DNA of 22,691 nt from a virus (lineage: Duplodnaviria; Heunggongvirae; Uroviricota; Caudoviricetes): the IMG/VR virus record IMGVR_UViG_643886067_000002. One strand, 5' to 3'. Shown here one piece after another: positions 6,545 through 15,825 of this stretch (the first letter of the stretch is position 1; every line of letters begins with the position of its first letter). Below the pieces are notes generated by a model that saw only the letters and a program-made list of their open reading frames with translations, was not told where the DNA came from and did no database searches. The translations under genes were made by a program, and so were the position numbers.

Positions 6545-8604
6545 TCCACAACCTCCCCAAGCTGCGCATCTGTTAGCTCTTTATGCCAGAGACGAAAATT
6601 CCTCACATGCCCAAATAAATGGCGTAATCCTGCTGTAGTTTGTCCACCAATGCGAATGGTTGCTGTACTCCGGATATATTCCCATTTGGTTTTAGTTTCG
6701 CTGCTTAACTTACCGTTACTGACTACACATGTGGACCGTTCGGACTTTACCCGCATACCAATAAGCATTTTTTCCAGCCCGGCATTTTCATTTATTCGTC
6801 GGTCTGAACCACCTATATCACAATACGGAAAACCGTCGTACCCACCTGATGAACCAAACCCCATTACGATCCCCGCTCCGGTTTGATGACCGCCGGTATC
6901 AAAAACACGCGGCGCTACATTTGGCGTTTTATACCAGTTCTTATGTACCTCACAAAGAACCGTAAAAGGAAGATTATAAAGATTATTCTTAATCGGAACT
7001 GTAACCATATCGCTTGCCCGCGTTACCGGTGCCGTCCCCGTAACAATAAAAGATGATGCGCCTGTACCAGCCTCAATCTGTGGAGTGGTTACATCGAGAT
7101 AATCCCCTGATGCAACCATCTGCCCTGTATCCGGAGAATACTGGACAAAACCACCAACCGTATTTTCTGTTGTATCTGCTTTTAATGTAGCCTCAAAAAA
7201 TATCCAGCCAGTTGCATCATCCTTAACAGACCTTGCTGTAACACGGCTTGTCTGACCTGTCTTGCTAATTATGCGGGTGGTAAGGTTCAGGTTTGCTGCT
7301 CCTATTGATGTCCTTACCTCCCCATCATAATGTTCAAATAAAATACGAACGGCGATATTATCAACTTCACTTTTTACCCGACAGGATATAGTTACATGCT
7401 TTTCGTCCCCTGAAGTATCAACCCCTCCGGTACTCGAATACAGTCCGATAATGGTATGCGCTTTACTTGTACCAACAATCGAATCCTGTACGACAAACCG
7501 GCCATAATTAAACCCGAAACTATCTGTGCCTGTTTCTGTAACGTCCAGTGAAGTTGACTTATTCCACTTCGAAGGGTCTGTACTGTTCGGGAAGAAGTTC
7601 GTTCTTTGCCCCTCAATAAGCAGGCCATCACACTCAAATCGTGGCTCATTAATTTCCGCCGTTTTCAGTTCGCCAGATTTGTTGATATATGTTGCCGTTG
7701 ATGCGCGACTGAAATTAACCTGTTTATCACTGGCAACCTGAACCACATTATCACCAATCTTCACTTTTTTATAACCCGGAGAATAGCCCGTAATCATATC
7801 CAGCGAATCATTAAAGGGTATCCACACATCCGGCAGCGGCTGTAAAACATATCTGTACGGCTCTGCTGTCTGGTTTGCGTATTCTCTGGCAGCATCTTCA
7901 CTTGCTTTTGCTGCCGTCTGGCTTGCTGCCGATGCTTTCGCCGAGTTCGCCGCCGCTGTTTCGCTCACCTTTGCGTTGGCTTCACTGTCTTTGGCATTCG
8001 TCTCACTGGTTTTCGCTGCCGTCTGGCTGGATTTTGCGTTTTTTTCGCTGGCCTTTGTGGCTGTCTCGCTATTTTTCGCGCTGGTTTCTGATTTTTTGGC
8101 TGCTGTCGCGGAGTTTGCCGATGCAGTCTGCGAGGCCGCTGCCGCCTGTGCGCTGTTAGCTGCATTCGTTTCTGAGGTTTTCGCCGCGTTCTTCGATGAT
8201 GCCGCTGCAGTTTCGGATTTCTTTGCTGCCGCTGCGCTCTGTGATGATGCTCCGGCATGACGTGCCACTTCATTCACCATCAGCTCAAAACGGCGCAGTG
8301 CCTCCGGCATGACATCATCTTCCGTCATGGCGCCGAGAAAATCATTCAGCGTACCTGGTCTGGAACCTTCATAGACGGTAATGGTCCCGGCATGTGAAGG
8401 CGGAAAATCTTCAACCAGCAGGGTGACGCTGTACTGGCCATACTCAACATCCATGCTGTAACGCCCGGCTTCATCCGGATTTTCAGAGGCCACCGTGTTC
8501 ACCACCACCGTGCTGCTGGTCCGTCTGGCCTTCAGCACAATGGTGCAGTTCTGTACTGGTTTTCCTGTGCCATCTTTAAGCACGCCAGAAATTTTTACTG
8601 TCAT
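6541..8604 (-). CDS. stf: Side tail fiber protein Stf (lambda Stf-like N-terminus, divergent C-terminal receptor-binding region)
   Basis: N-terminus MTVKISGVLKDGTGKPVQNCTIVLKARR...SENPDEAGRYSMDVEYGQYSV...FPPSHAGTITVYE is near-identical in pattern to lambda Stf; central Ala/Ser/Thr/Lys-rich repeat region; C-terminus ends ...VRNFRLWHKELTDAQLGEVVE, resembling the terminal motif of LamG/concanavalin-like domains. Confidence 0.9.
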   Translation of the reverse strand: MTVKISGVLKDGTGKPVQNCTIVLKARRTSSTVVVNTVASENPDEAGRYSMDVEYGQYSVTLLVEDFPPSHAGTITVYEGSRPGTLNDFLGAMTEDDVMPEALRRFELMVNEVARHAGASSQSAAAAKKSETAAASSKNAAKTSETNAANSAQAAAASQTASANSATAAKKSETSAKNSETATKASEKNAKSSQTAAKTSETNAKDSEANAKVSETAAANSAKASAASQTAAKASEDAAREYANQTAEPYRYVLQPLPDVWIPFNDSLDMITGYSPGYKKVKIGDNVVQVASDKQVNFSRASTATYINKSGELKTAEINEPRFECDGLLIEGQRTNFFPNSTDPSKWNKSTSLDVTETGTDSFGFNYGRFVVQDSIVGTSKAHTIIGLYSSTGGVDTSGDEKHVTISCRVKSEVDNIAVRILFEHYDGEVRTSIGAANLNLTTRIISKTGQTSRVTARSVKDDATGWIFFEATLKADTTENTVGGFVQYSPDTGQMVASGDYLDVTTPQIEAGTGASSFIVTGTAPVTRASDMVTVPIKNNLYNLPFTVLCEVHKNWYKTPNVAPRVFDTGGHQTGAGIVMGFGSSGGYDGFPYCDIGGSDRRINENAGLEKMLIGMRVKSERSTCVVSNGKLSSETKTKWEYIRSTATIRIGGQTTAGLRHLFGHVRNFRLWHKELTDAQLGEVVE
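7880..8270. repeat. Imperfect tandem repeats inside stf encoding A/S/T/K-rich units (SETxAKxS...)
   Basis: Recurring DNA motifs such as gctgccgtctggct and ttttcgctg; protein shows repeated AAKKSET, AAKTSETNA, AKNSETA units. Confidence 0.6.
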
Positions 8605-8617
8605 ACTTTTCCACCAA

Positions 8618-8650
8618 TAAAAAAAGCCCGCAGCAGTGACGCCACGGGCT
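8618..8650 (-). terminator. Intrinsic terminator-like hairpin plus U-run after lom, upstream of the stf RBS
   Basis: Minus strand reads agcccg-loop-cgggct followed by ttttttt, then GGTGGAAAAG and the stf ATG. Confidence 0.5.
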
Positions 8651-8755
8651 TCAGGACAGTGTAACTTTACGTTTCCTCAAACGCAGTTCACCCCATAAGG
8701 CGGATGAACCTGCGTATCATAACAATATTTACAGAAGATAAATCGGCGTCTGTTG

Positions 8756-9355
8756 TCAGAAACGGTATCCGATACCAACAATAAATGCATCCGTTCGCCA
8801 GTCGCCACTGCCGGAGCCTTCATAAGCAATATCAATGGCCACGGATTCGGTCGGGTTAAACTGCACGCCAGCTCCCCACGCCAGAGAGGTATTGCTGTGG
8901 CGACCGTCATCACTTCCGGTCAGCACGTCGTGCGTTTTCCCCTTGTTGTCAGTTACGCGGAGATAATCCCCGGAGAAAGTCGACACACGGCTGTAAGCCA
9001 CACCTGCCATCGCATAAGCACTGAACCATTCATTCACGCGCACAGACGGCCCCGCCATTACGCTGAACCAGCGGTTACGCACGGAATCTTCATGCCAGCG
9101 GGTATCGCTGTAATGCGTTTTTTGCTCATCTTTGGCATTGGCATAACTGAATGACGTCACCAGCCCCAGCGTGTCCGTAAACTCATAACGGTATTTCACG
9201 TTAATCCCGTTCAGATCATCGCTGCCAGGCATATCAGTATGGGTCTGAAGATACCCGGCGCTTAGTGTGGACTGATGCTCTGCTGCGCTCGCTGGCGTAC
9301 CAGCGGCAACCAGCCAGACTACTGCGGACAGAATAACAGCACATAATTTACGCAT
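8756..9355 (-). CDS. lom: Lom outer membrane protein (Ail/Lom/PagC family beta-barrel), prophage moron
   Basis: Signal peptide; matches lambda Lom by eye (INVKYRYEFTD, SVMAGP, AYAMAGVAYSR, and the C-terminal DIAYEGSGSGDWRTD.FIVGIGYRF); position between J and stf as in lambda. Confidence 0.9.
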   Translation of the reverse strand: MRKLCAVILSAVVWLVAAGTPASAAEHQSTLSAGYLQTHTDMPGSDDLNGINVKYRYEFTDTLGLVTSFSYANAKDEQKTHYSDTRWHEDSVRNRWFSVMAGPSVRVNEWFSAYAMAGVAYSRVSTFSGDYLRVTDNKGKTHDVLTGSDDGRHSNTSLAWGAGVQFNPTESVAIDIAYEGSGSGDWRTDAFIVGIGYRF

Positions 9356-9377
9356 AATTACCTCTCGCTTTTCTGCA

Positions 9378-9403
9378 ATAAAAAAGGCGCCATTTCTGGC
9401 GCC
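9378..9403 (-). terminator. Intrinsic terminator after J (hairpin ggcgcc-loop-ggcgcc plus T-run)
   Basis: Minus strand: GGCGCCAGAAATGGCGCC followed by TTTTTTATT about 20 nt after the J stop, then the SD (GAGAGG) and ATG of lom. Confidence 0.6.
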
Positions 9404-9422
9404 CGTATTGGGGTTATAAAAT

Positions 9423-12400
9423 TCAGCTAATCGTGATGCCTGCAGTGGCTTTCTTCATCACAACAACCAGCAAATCGCTGATACTTGCTGTGGGATACCA
9501 GCCATTTACCCACCATGCTGATACAGAAAACTCCAGCGTCATGTGACCGCGACCAGCAGGCATATCAATAACACCACTGTAAACCAGCGTATTATCCAGC
9601 GCGGTACGGTTATAAATTTCAGCACCGTTTTTCTTCACTATCAGGCGGCATGACGAATAAGTATCGCTGTTCTCCCGCTCATGTCTGGCACCGCTGAAAG
9701 CCACCGCCGGAATAACAATCTGCCGGTTAAACGGCTGATCGTCATAAACCCTGACGGTAATGGTTCCTGATGGCCAACGCTTCGGTGCACGGGAGTCACG
9801 AGGGAAAGCCTTACCCACTGTTTTAACGAGATCGCCTTCAATCTGGTTTGCAGACAGTTTCCCTCTGATGACACAGTTCTCGTTAATGGTGACATTATTG
9901 AGCGTGCCGGTATTCGCCGTGATGGCTCCACTGATATCCGCATTGCGGGCTGTCAGCCTGCCATCCGGCGTCAGGGAAAACGTCGGAGGATTGCCGGATG
10001 ACGTGATGCTCACCGCAAACAGTCGCTTCAGGAACACGTCGTTCATGAACAGCTGATTCCCCTGCGCCACAAACAGCGGCGTGGTGTTGCCGTTCTCCGG
10101 GGTAATCATCGCAATGCGATCGGCCTGCAGCAGAATGTTACTCAGGGTCTGACCATCAACATCCTCAATCCCCGCGCCAATCCCGGCCACATAGGGAATA
10201 CCGTTTTTTGTTTTCTGCACCTTCAGCATATACATGGCATTCAGCTCATTGCGCGTGTCTGACTGAACCCGCTGGATTTGCTGTATGGTCACGGCCTGGT
10301 CACCCAGCTTTTTATCCGTGGTCGAGGTAATTTCACTCCCTTTTTTATCCACGTACTGGCGGACCTGTGCTATCTGCCGGGCGTTTTCTGACTGCCCCTG
10401 GCTGACAGTCTGTGAGATTTCACTGCTCACCCGGTCCACTTTCTGGCTCATCTGCGCGATGGCCAGTGTCTGGTCCTCATTCTTTTTCGCAACCAGCTGC
10501 GTGAGGCTGTTTTCCGCCTCCCCGATTTTCCGGGTCACTTCTGCGATATCCGTGTCCATCCGCTGACGGATGTCTTCTTCCAGTTGCGTGACCTCCGTAC
10601 GCAGCGCTGAAGCATCAATGCGCTCTTTCAGTGCCTGACCCAGAAGCGTCTCATCTATCAGCCCCCGGAAAATTTCCAGATACCCTTCACCATCATTGCT
10701 GGGCTGCCCGCTGGCTTCCACAAAAGCAGATTTTCCCACCAGGTTGACGCTTCGCACGTAAAACCAGAAATCCGTCCCCGGCTTAATCCGGCTCCCCTGG
10801 ACAGTCCACTGACTGCCGGACCCCAGATAACGGGCAGATTTTTCCACCTGTGCCGTGTTCGTGATGCGTTTTTCTGAGAACCAGAATTCAAACTGTATCG
10901 TCGGATCATACACCGCAAGACGCGGGACCGCCGTTATCTGAAAATACCCCGGCGTCAGCTCAATGGTGGCGGGTTTTGCAGGTGCGTTAATCCGGAAGGT
11001 GGTGGTGGCAGGTTCACCCTGCTGGCCATAACTGTTTATCGCCCGCACCGTCAGGGTGTATTCCCCCAGTGGCAGGCCACTGAAACGGTGCTCCGTGTCT
11101 GCGGTGATGGCGGTGGTCACCAGTCTGGCATCCGTTCCCTTACCACTGGTCAGGCGCAGACTGAAGCGCACGCCCTTCACCACCCGCGGCGTGTCCCATT
11201 TAGCCTGCGCCAGATACTGGCCGTCAGCTGCGCTCACCTCCACCGTCAGGTGCTGTACTGCCGGTGGGATGACGCTGTTCAGGGAGCCTGACTGCGGCTC
11301 AAAGCGGGCACCGTTATCCACGATGGCTTCTTTTTCCGGTACGTGCTGCACCGCCGTGATGGCAAAGGTGCCGTCCGTGTTTTCCCGGACGGAGACACAG
11401 CGGAACAGGCGACGGCGCAGTGACGGCAGGGAGAGTCCCCACACACCGTATGTCTCCACACCATCCGGCAGGGTGCTGACCTGTATCCGGTCCGGCGCGG
11501 GGTGTGCGGTGATGGCCACGCTCGCCGGCTTACCGCTGCCGTTAATCAGATTAACAGTGGCCGTGCCGGTCTCCGGCAGTGTCACCTCCCGGTCCAGCGT
11601 CAGGGTACGGCTGGCGGCATCGATGGACAGGACACGTCCGCCGGTCATGGTCCCGGCATAGTCGTTATCACAGATTTCAATGATGTCACCGGGTGTGTGC
11701 CGCAGCCCCTGAGACCCGAGCGTGAAATCCACCGTCTGCGTTTCCAGCAGTTCGGTCTTTATCACCCACAGCCCGGCACGGTGCGCCTGCCCCCGGCTGG
11801 TACAGCCGAACGCGTCCATCTTCAGCAGGTTGCGTCCGTAGCGCAGTATGGCTTCCGGGTCTTCCACCAGTTCCGTGGAGGTCTGCCAGCCGTTCTGCGG
11901 GTCGGTGTAATTCACCTCCACCGCCGTGTGCCGGTCCTTCAGGGCACTGAAGCTGTAGCGGAACCCCACGCCGTTATCATCCACCACCACATCGCTGTTG
12001 GTGTACGGCCACACCACATCCGACGGGCGGTCCTGAACGAACGTCAGCGTCTGACCGTTCCATACCGGCATACAGCGCATCGCAGAGCAGAAATCACTGA
12101 GAACGTCCCACGCCTTACGCTGTTGTGCCAGGTACGCATTAAAGGTCATCCGCGGCTCGGTCCCCCCGAAACCATCCGGGACCGTCTGGTCGCAGTACTG
12201 CCCGATGGCATACAGCGCCCACTTGTCCACATCCGCCGCCCCCAGACGTTTTCCCATGCCGTAGCGCGGGTGAGTCAGCATGTCCCACAGGCACCAGGCC
12301 GGGTTGTTGCTGTATGCCGGTTTCAGACTGCCGTCCCAGATACCACTGTACGTGCGTTTTTCCGGGTCATAGTTTGACGGCACCTGGATGATGCGACCGC

Positions 12401-13115
12401 GGATATGGTAGTTCACCGTCATCTGCTGGCCGCCGAACTGCTCCGCATCCACCTGCAGCCCCACAATGGCCGTGTTCGGGTAGCACTGTTTCACATCGAT
12501 GATTTCGGTGTATGACGACCACAGCGTCTTATTCTGCAGCTGGTCCGTGGTGCTGTCCGCCGTCTCCCTGACCATCCGGATGTTAAAGGGCCGGGGAGGC
12601 AGATTATCCAGAATCACCGAGGCCAGGAACTGTGAGGTGGTCTTGCCGTTAATGGTGACGTCCTTTTCCGTCACCCAGCGGCCATTACGCTGTAACTGAA
12701 TCAGAATCCGGACAGAGGAAGGATTACGGTCGCCCTTTGACGTGGTCTGCACCAGTGACTGCACCCCGAAGGTAACCCGCAGGCGGTCAATGTTCGCGGA
12801 CGTAATGGTGCGCGTCACCGGTTTTGCCTTCGTCACTTCCACGCCCAGTCCGGTTTCAGCTCCGGAGGACTCAAAGCCTTCCGGTGGTGTCTGCTCCTGC
12901 TCCCCGGCACGCCAGACCGCGGTCACACCGTGTATCACGGGATTACCGTCCGTGTCCGTCAGCGGGGTTTTGTTCACCAGGATACTCTGCAGTCCCTTCA
13001 CCGGACCTTCTATCGGTCCCTCACCAATCGCATCAATCACACTCATCATCTGCGTGGATTTGAGATTATCCTTCGCCTCACGAGGCGTGTGTGCCTTACC
13101 GCCACCTTTTCCCAT
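9423..13115 (-). CDS. J: Tail tip / host specificity protein J (central tail fiber), 1230 aa
   Basis: N-terminus [39 protein letters not shown] and long stretches ([83 protein letters not shown]) co-linear with lambda J; SD GGGGAAGG before the ATG. About 100 aa longer than lambda J, with an extended coiled-coil and a divergent C-terminal ~150 aa. Confidence 0.95.
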   Translation of the reverse strand: MGKGGGKAHTPREAKDNLKSTQMMSVIDAIGEGPIEGPVKGLQSILVNKTPLTDTDGNPVIHGVTAVWRAGEQEQTPPEGFESSGAETGLGVEVTKAKPVTRTITSANIDRLRVTFGVQSLVQTTSKGDRNPSSVRILIQLQRNGRWVTEKDVTINGKTTSQFLASVILDNLPPRPFNIRMVRETADSTTDQLQNKTLWSSYTEIIDVKQCYPNTAIVGLQVDAEQFGGQQMTVNYHIRGRIIQVPSNYDPEKRTYSGIWDGSLKPAYSNNPAWCLWDMLTHPRYGMGKRLGAADVDKWALYAIGQYCDQTVPDGFGGTEPRMTFNAYLAQQRKAWDVLSDFCSAMRCMPVWNGQTLTFVQDRPSDVVWPYTNSDVVVDDNGVGFRYSFSALKDRHTAVEVNYTDPQNGWQTSTELVEDPEAILRYGRNLLKMDAFGCTSRGQAHRAGLWVIKTELLETQTVDFTLGSQGLRHTPGDIIEICDNDYAGTMTGGRVLSIDAASRTLTLDREVTLPETGTATVNLINGSGKPASVAITAHPAPDRIQVSTLPDGVETYGVWGLSLPSLRRRLFRCVSVRENTDGTFAITAVQHVPEKEAIVDNGARFEPQSGSLNSVIPPAVQHLTVEVSAADGQYLAQAKWDTPRVVKGVRFSLRLTSGKGTDARLVTTAITADTEHRFSGLPLGEYTLTVRAINSYGQQGEPATTTFRINAPAKPATIELTPGYFQITAVPRLAVYDPTIQFEFWFSEKRITNTAQVEKSARYLGSGSQWTVQGSRIKPGTDFWFYVRSVNLVGKSAFVEASGQPSNDGEGYLEIFRGLIDETLLGQALKERIDASALRTEVTQLEEDIRQRMDTDIAEVTRKIGEAENSLTQLVAKKNEDQTLAIAQMSQKVDRVSSEISQTVSQGQSENARQIAQVRQYVDKKGSEITSTTDKKLGDQAVTIQQIQRVQSDTRNELNAMYMLKVQKTKNGIPYVAGIGAGIEDVDGQTLSNILLQADRIAMITPENGNTTPLFVAQGNQLFMNDVFLKRLFAVSITSSGNPPTFSLTPDGRLTARNADISGAITANTGTLNNVTINENCVIRGKLSANQIEGDLVKTVGKAFPRDSRAPKRWPSGTITVRVYDDQPFNRQIVIPAVAFSGARHERENSDTYSSCRLIVKKNGAEIYNRTALDNTLVYSGVIDMPAGRGHMTLEFSVSAWWVNGWYPTASISDLLVVVMKKATAGITIS

Positions 13116-13219
13116 ACAGCCTTCCCCTGAATAAATTAACCGCCACTTGCCATTCCGTACAGAAGTCGGATATCCTTCGCCCGAAAAGCATGAAACACAT
13201 TTCTGCCATGCTAAAGAGA

Positions 13220-13251
13220 AACCCCGGTATCAGCAGATACCGGGGTTTTCT
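13220..13251. other. Perfect 12-bp inverted repeat hairpin (aaccccggtatc / gataccggggtt, 4-nt loop) flanked by T/A-rich runs in the I-J intergenic insert
   Basis: Read directly from sequence; followed by ttttcttt on the plus strand and tttctcttt on the minus strand, so it could terminate in either direction. Confidence 0.5.
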
Positions 13252-13320
13252 TTCATGCCCACCGATAATCCTGTTGGTTAAAACCGGTAATGGCATAAAA
13301 ATTCTGAATATCTTCACATT

Positions 13321-13348
13321 TTCACAAAATCCCTGTGGCACTTATAAT
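13321..13348 (+). promoter_or_regulatory. Sigma70-like promoter candidate (TTCACA - 16 nt - TATAAT) facing antisense to the tail operon
   Basis: -35-like ttcaca at 13321-13326 (a second ttcaca lies 6 nt upstream), perfect -10 tataat at 13343-13348; lies in noncoding DNA between I and J. Confidence 0.45.
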
Positions 13349-13354
13349 TTCTCT

Positions 13355-13447
13355 GCGTTAATTTTTTTTGTCGTGACATAAGAATAATTATCTATAGTTG
13401 ATCTTCGTAACGCTCCCGCAGCTCCGCAACTCTGCGGGATTTTTTTA
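13355..13447 (+). ncRNA. Candidate small non-coding RNA (~90 nt) defined by the promoter and terminator; no ORF
   Basis: Predicted start ~7 nt after the -10; ends at a GC-rich hairpin plus T8 terminator; no start codon with an SD or ORF longer than a few codons inside. Prediction only. Confidence 0.3.
13414..13447 (+). terminator. Intrinsic terminator (stem tcccgcag/ctgcggga plus T8)
   Basis: Stem 13414-13421 / 13432-13439, T-run 13440-13447 on the plus strand. Not U-rich on the minus strand, so it is unidirectional. Confidence 0.6.
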
Positions 13448-13453
13448 TTCTTT

Positions 13454-14134
13454 TTACCCCTGCCGCCCGATAACCACGACCTTTCCGCCCCCGCCTTCAT
13501 CACGGGTGCTGATGTCCTGGGATATACGGCGGGAGCCAACCAGCATTTCCCCGTAAGGCACCGGCATCGGGTTCCCCTGGGCAATCATGTTATCCAGCGA
13601 GGAAAAGTACGTGTTCTGTCTGCCGTTATCCGTTACGCGGTAATCCGGTGTTTTTGCCTTCGGGGCCAGCATCTGTGCCACACCGCCCAGTATCATGCTG
13701 GCCCCCAGTGAAAACAGCATCGTGGTGGCAGAAAAACCACCGGCTGCCAGGGCTGAACCCCATAACGCCATCGAGGCACCGGCCGTGAAGAAAGAGCCCA
13801 CGATGGCTGCCGCCCCCAGCACAATCTGCAGTCCGCCCTTTCCGGCTCCGGCCAGTCGCGGCACAATGTGGATGACCGTTCCCTCACCCAGCTGTTCGTG
13901 AAGACGGGCGTACACCGCCTCCGGTGCCGTGTCATCACCGGCAATACGTATCTGGTACCAGCCTTCGTTCATCTGACGGCGAAAGCCCGGCACCTGTAAC
14001 GACAGGGCACGGATGGCTTCCGCTGCCGTGTTCACATACAGGCTGAGGCGGCGGCCAAATCGTTGCAAATCCCCGTGAAGGCAGATGCGTGCCAGTGGCG
14101 GTGACGCCAGACAGAATGCGTTCGTCGTTGCCAT
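13454..14134 (-). CDS. I: Tail assembly protein I
   Basis: MATTNAFCLASPPLARICLHGDLQRFGRR..., glycine-rich hydrophobic middle, ...QNTYFSSLDNMIAQGNPMPVPYGEMLVGSRRISQ; co-linear with lambda gpI. Confidence 0.9.
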   Translation of the reverse strand: MATTNAFCLASPPLARICLHGDLQRFGRRLSLYVNTAAEAIRALSLQVPGFRRQMNEGWYQIRIAGDDTAPEAVYARLHEQLGEGTVIHIVPRLAGAGKGGLQIVLGAAAIVGSFFTAGASMALWGSALAAGGFSATTMLFSLGASMILGGVAQMLAPKAKTPDYRVTDNGRQNTYFSSLDNMIAQGNPMPVPYGEMLVGSRRISQDISTRDEGGGGKVVVIGRQG

Positions 14135-14775
14135 TTTTCGGAATACCTCTCCCGTTTACTCAGTTGTTCAGGCAGATGGTGAAGCAGCTCACCGTTGCCG
14201 CAGTAAATGGCGGCATGGTTCGGTACCGAAGCACCAAAGCAGCACAGCAGAATATCGCCCGCCTGTGCAGAGGACAGGGGCACCCGGTAAAAGCCGGTGA
14301 CCGCCATATTGTCCAGGTAAAGGTTCTGACCGTTGCGCCACCAGTCATCCTCGCGATGAAAATCCGGCATTTCAGTCCCCGCCAGATGGTATGCATCCCG
14401 GAACAGGGTGTAACAGTCCGTCACCCCGTGCTCAAAGCGCCGTCCCGTCAGGTGCGGCACGCAGCGGAATTTGTGAATGTCACCCCGGCAGACCAGCCAC
14501 CAGGGCAGTGCGCTCTTTATCTGCAGCCGCCGGTCCGCCTCGCTCAGCCAGGGCAGACCACCGGGATGACTGTGGACCAGCGCCACAATCTCCCCCTGCA
14601 TCTCTGCCCGCAGCCAGTCTTCCGGTGCGATACGAAAATACGCCTCCGGCTCTGCGGAAATATTCACACAAGGGATATACCGCTCCCCCTCCGGCGTGCT
14701 TATCACGAAGCCGCACGACTCCGCAGGCGCACACCGCCGGGCATGCGCCAGAATCGCTGATTCAGTCTGTGTCAT
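14032..14775 (-). CDS. K: Tail assembly protein K (NlpC/P60-like fold)
   Basis: Start reassigned to the internal Met (MTQTESAILAHARRCAPAESCGF...) by comparison with lambda gpK; motifs HSHPGG and RRFEHGVTDCYTLFRDAYH; 3' end overlaps I by about 100 nt in another frame, as in lambda. Confidence 0.9.
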   Translation of the reverse strand: MTQTESAILAHARRCAPAESCGFVISTPEGERYIPCVNISAEPEAYFRIAPEDWLRAEMQGEIVALVHSHPGGLPWLSEADRRLQIKSALPWWLVCRGDIHKFRCVPHLTGRRFEHGVTDCYTLFRDAYHLAGTEMPDFHREDDWWRNGQNLYLDNMAVTGFYRVPLSSAQAGDILLCCFGASVPNHAAIYCGNGELLHHLPEQLSKRERYSEKWQRRTHSVWRHRHWHASAFTGICNDLAAASACM

Positions 14776-14785
14776 AAACCGGGAT

Positions 14786-15484
14786 TTACTGCGAAAGTTT
14801 ATTAATGGAAAGGAAACCGCCAAAATTGCCGACATTCCTGCGCAGTTCACACCCGCGCATGCACTTGCTGCATCTGTCCTTACGGATATCCGTGGTGGGT
14901 TTATCGAACTCATCCGCCACTGCCCCGCCCGTGTAACCACACTCATCAGAGCGGTAGGTCCACATACAGGTGTTCGCCAGCATGATACGACCGGGAAACA
15001 GCGCCCCGTCCGTCTCGGTCGGTGTGGCCAGCACAAACGAGGCCGTCATGGCTGTCAGCTGCGACATCTGCTCCACCACCCAGCGGTCACTCAGCTCCTG
15101 CTCCGGGTCCGCCTCCGGATTGCCCGCAACGAAATTCACCGCATCCAGAAAACGGGCATACACCCGGCGGCGGACCACCGTGGCCCCCACCAGACTCTGC
15201 AGGTCTTCCGCCATCCCGGTGACCAGACCGAACAGATTGGACACCGTCAGCGACGGTCTGGCACTGCTGCCCCGGCCGCTCATCTCAAAACCGCTGCCGT
15301 CAATCGGGTATGCCTCATACTTACGCCCCTGCCAGGTGACCGGCTCCCCTTTTTCATTCAGCTCATTACAGAAAAAATACCGCTCACCGCCCTGTACCGT
15401 CAGGTCGATTTCCCAGAGTACCACCCGCGGTGACTGCTCTGATTTAACCGACTCGTTCAGACTTTCTTCGTGAATATCCTGCAT
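14786..15484 (-). CDS. L: Minor tail protein L
   Basis: MQDIHEESLNE...VVLWEIDLT..GGERYFFCNE.NEKGEPVTWQGR...C-terminal CSKCMRGC...NVGNFGGFLSINKLSQ, nearly identical in pattern to lambda gpL. Confidence 0.95.
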   Translation of the reverse strand: MQDIHEESLNESVKSEQSPRVVLWEIDLTVQGGERYFFCNELNEKGEPVTWQGRKYEAYPIDGSGFEMSGRGSSARPSLTVSNLFGLVTGMAEDLQSLVGATVVRRRVYARFLDAVNFVAGNPEADPEQELSDRWVVEQMSQLTAMTASFVLATPTETDGALFPGRIMLANTCMWTYRSDECGYTGGAVADEFDKPTTDIRKDRCSKCMRGCELRRNVGNFGGFLSINKLSQ

Positions 15485-15825
15485 CAGTTCACCACCTGCT
15501 CAATCGTACAACTGAAATCACTGTACCTGGCGTTATCTGTGACGCTCCACTCCCGGCATACCACCCTCACCGTCCGGTTATGTTTCGGCGGTCGCCACAA
15601 AAAGGCACGGTAACCACCATGCCAGGATAAAAATTCATCCAGCCAGCGCCGGGTTGGTTCATCCGTCACCCGGAACACCGCCTGAAACGTCTTCAGTCTG
15701 GCATTAAGTCCCGTCGGTCGGCGCTGTTCATAACCGTCACCAAACCGAACCCTCACCACCGACGGTTTCTCACTCACCTGCATCCCTTCACGCGGGACCA
15801 GATGCAGCGTTTTTATCTCAGCCAC
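15484..15825 (-). CDS. M: Minor tail protein M
   Basis: VRFGDGYEQR...GLNARLKT..., C-terminal EQVVN as in lambda gpM; overlaps the L start by 1 nt. Confidence 0.9.
   Translation of the reverse strand: MAEIKTLHLVPREGMQVSEKPSVVRVRFGDGYEQRRPTGLNARLKTFQAVFRVTDEPTRRWLDEFLSWHGGYRAFLWRPPKHNRTVRVVCREWSVTDNARYSDFSCTIEQVVN

Noticed and set aside
7965-8273. Highly basic 102-aa ORF (minus) and 94-aa ORF (plus) in the stf repeat region
   Set aside because: Alternative frames of the tandem-repeat coding DNA of stf; the repetitive sequence keeps several frames open.
11502-12377. 291-aa plus-strand ORF (Arg/Pro/His-rich) nested inside J
   Set aside because: Antisense frame of a GC-rich, well-supported gene; low-complexity composition; no RBS. 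Same reasoning applies to 11056..11661 and 12742..13134.
13091-13584. Short ORFs 13091..13381 (+), 13096..13341 (-) and 13342..13584 (-) in and around the I-J intergenic insert
   Set aside because: They run through the terminator hairpins or overlap the J and I ends, lack SD sequences and have implausible composition; the region is better explained as noncoding.
14089-15433. Plus-strand ORFs 14089..14760, 14391..14777, 14696..15433 and 14970..15473 opposite K and L
   Set aside because: All lie antisense to strongly homologous tail genes and are Arg/Pro/Ala-rich, typical of open antisense frames in GC-rich coding DNA.
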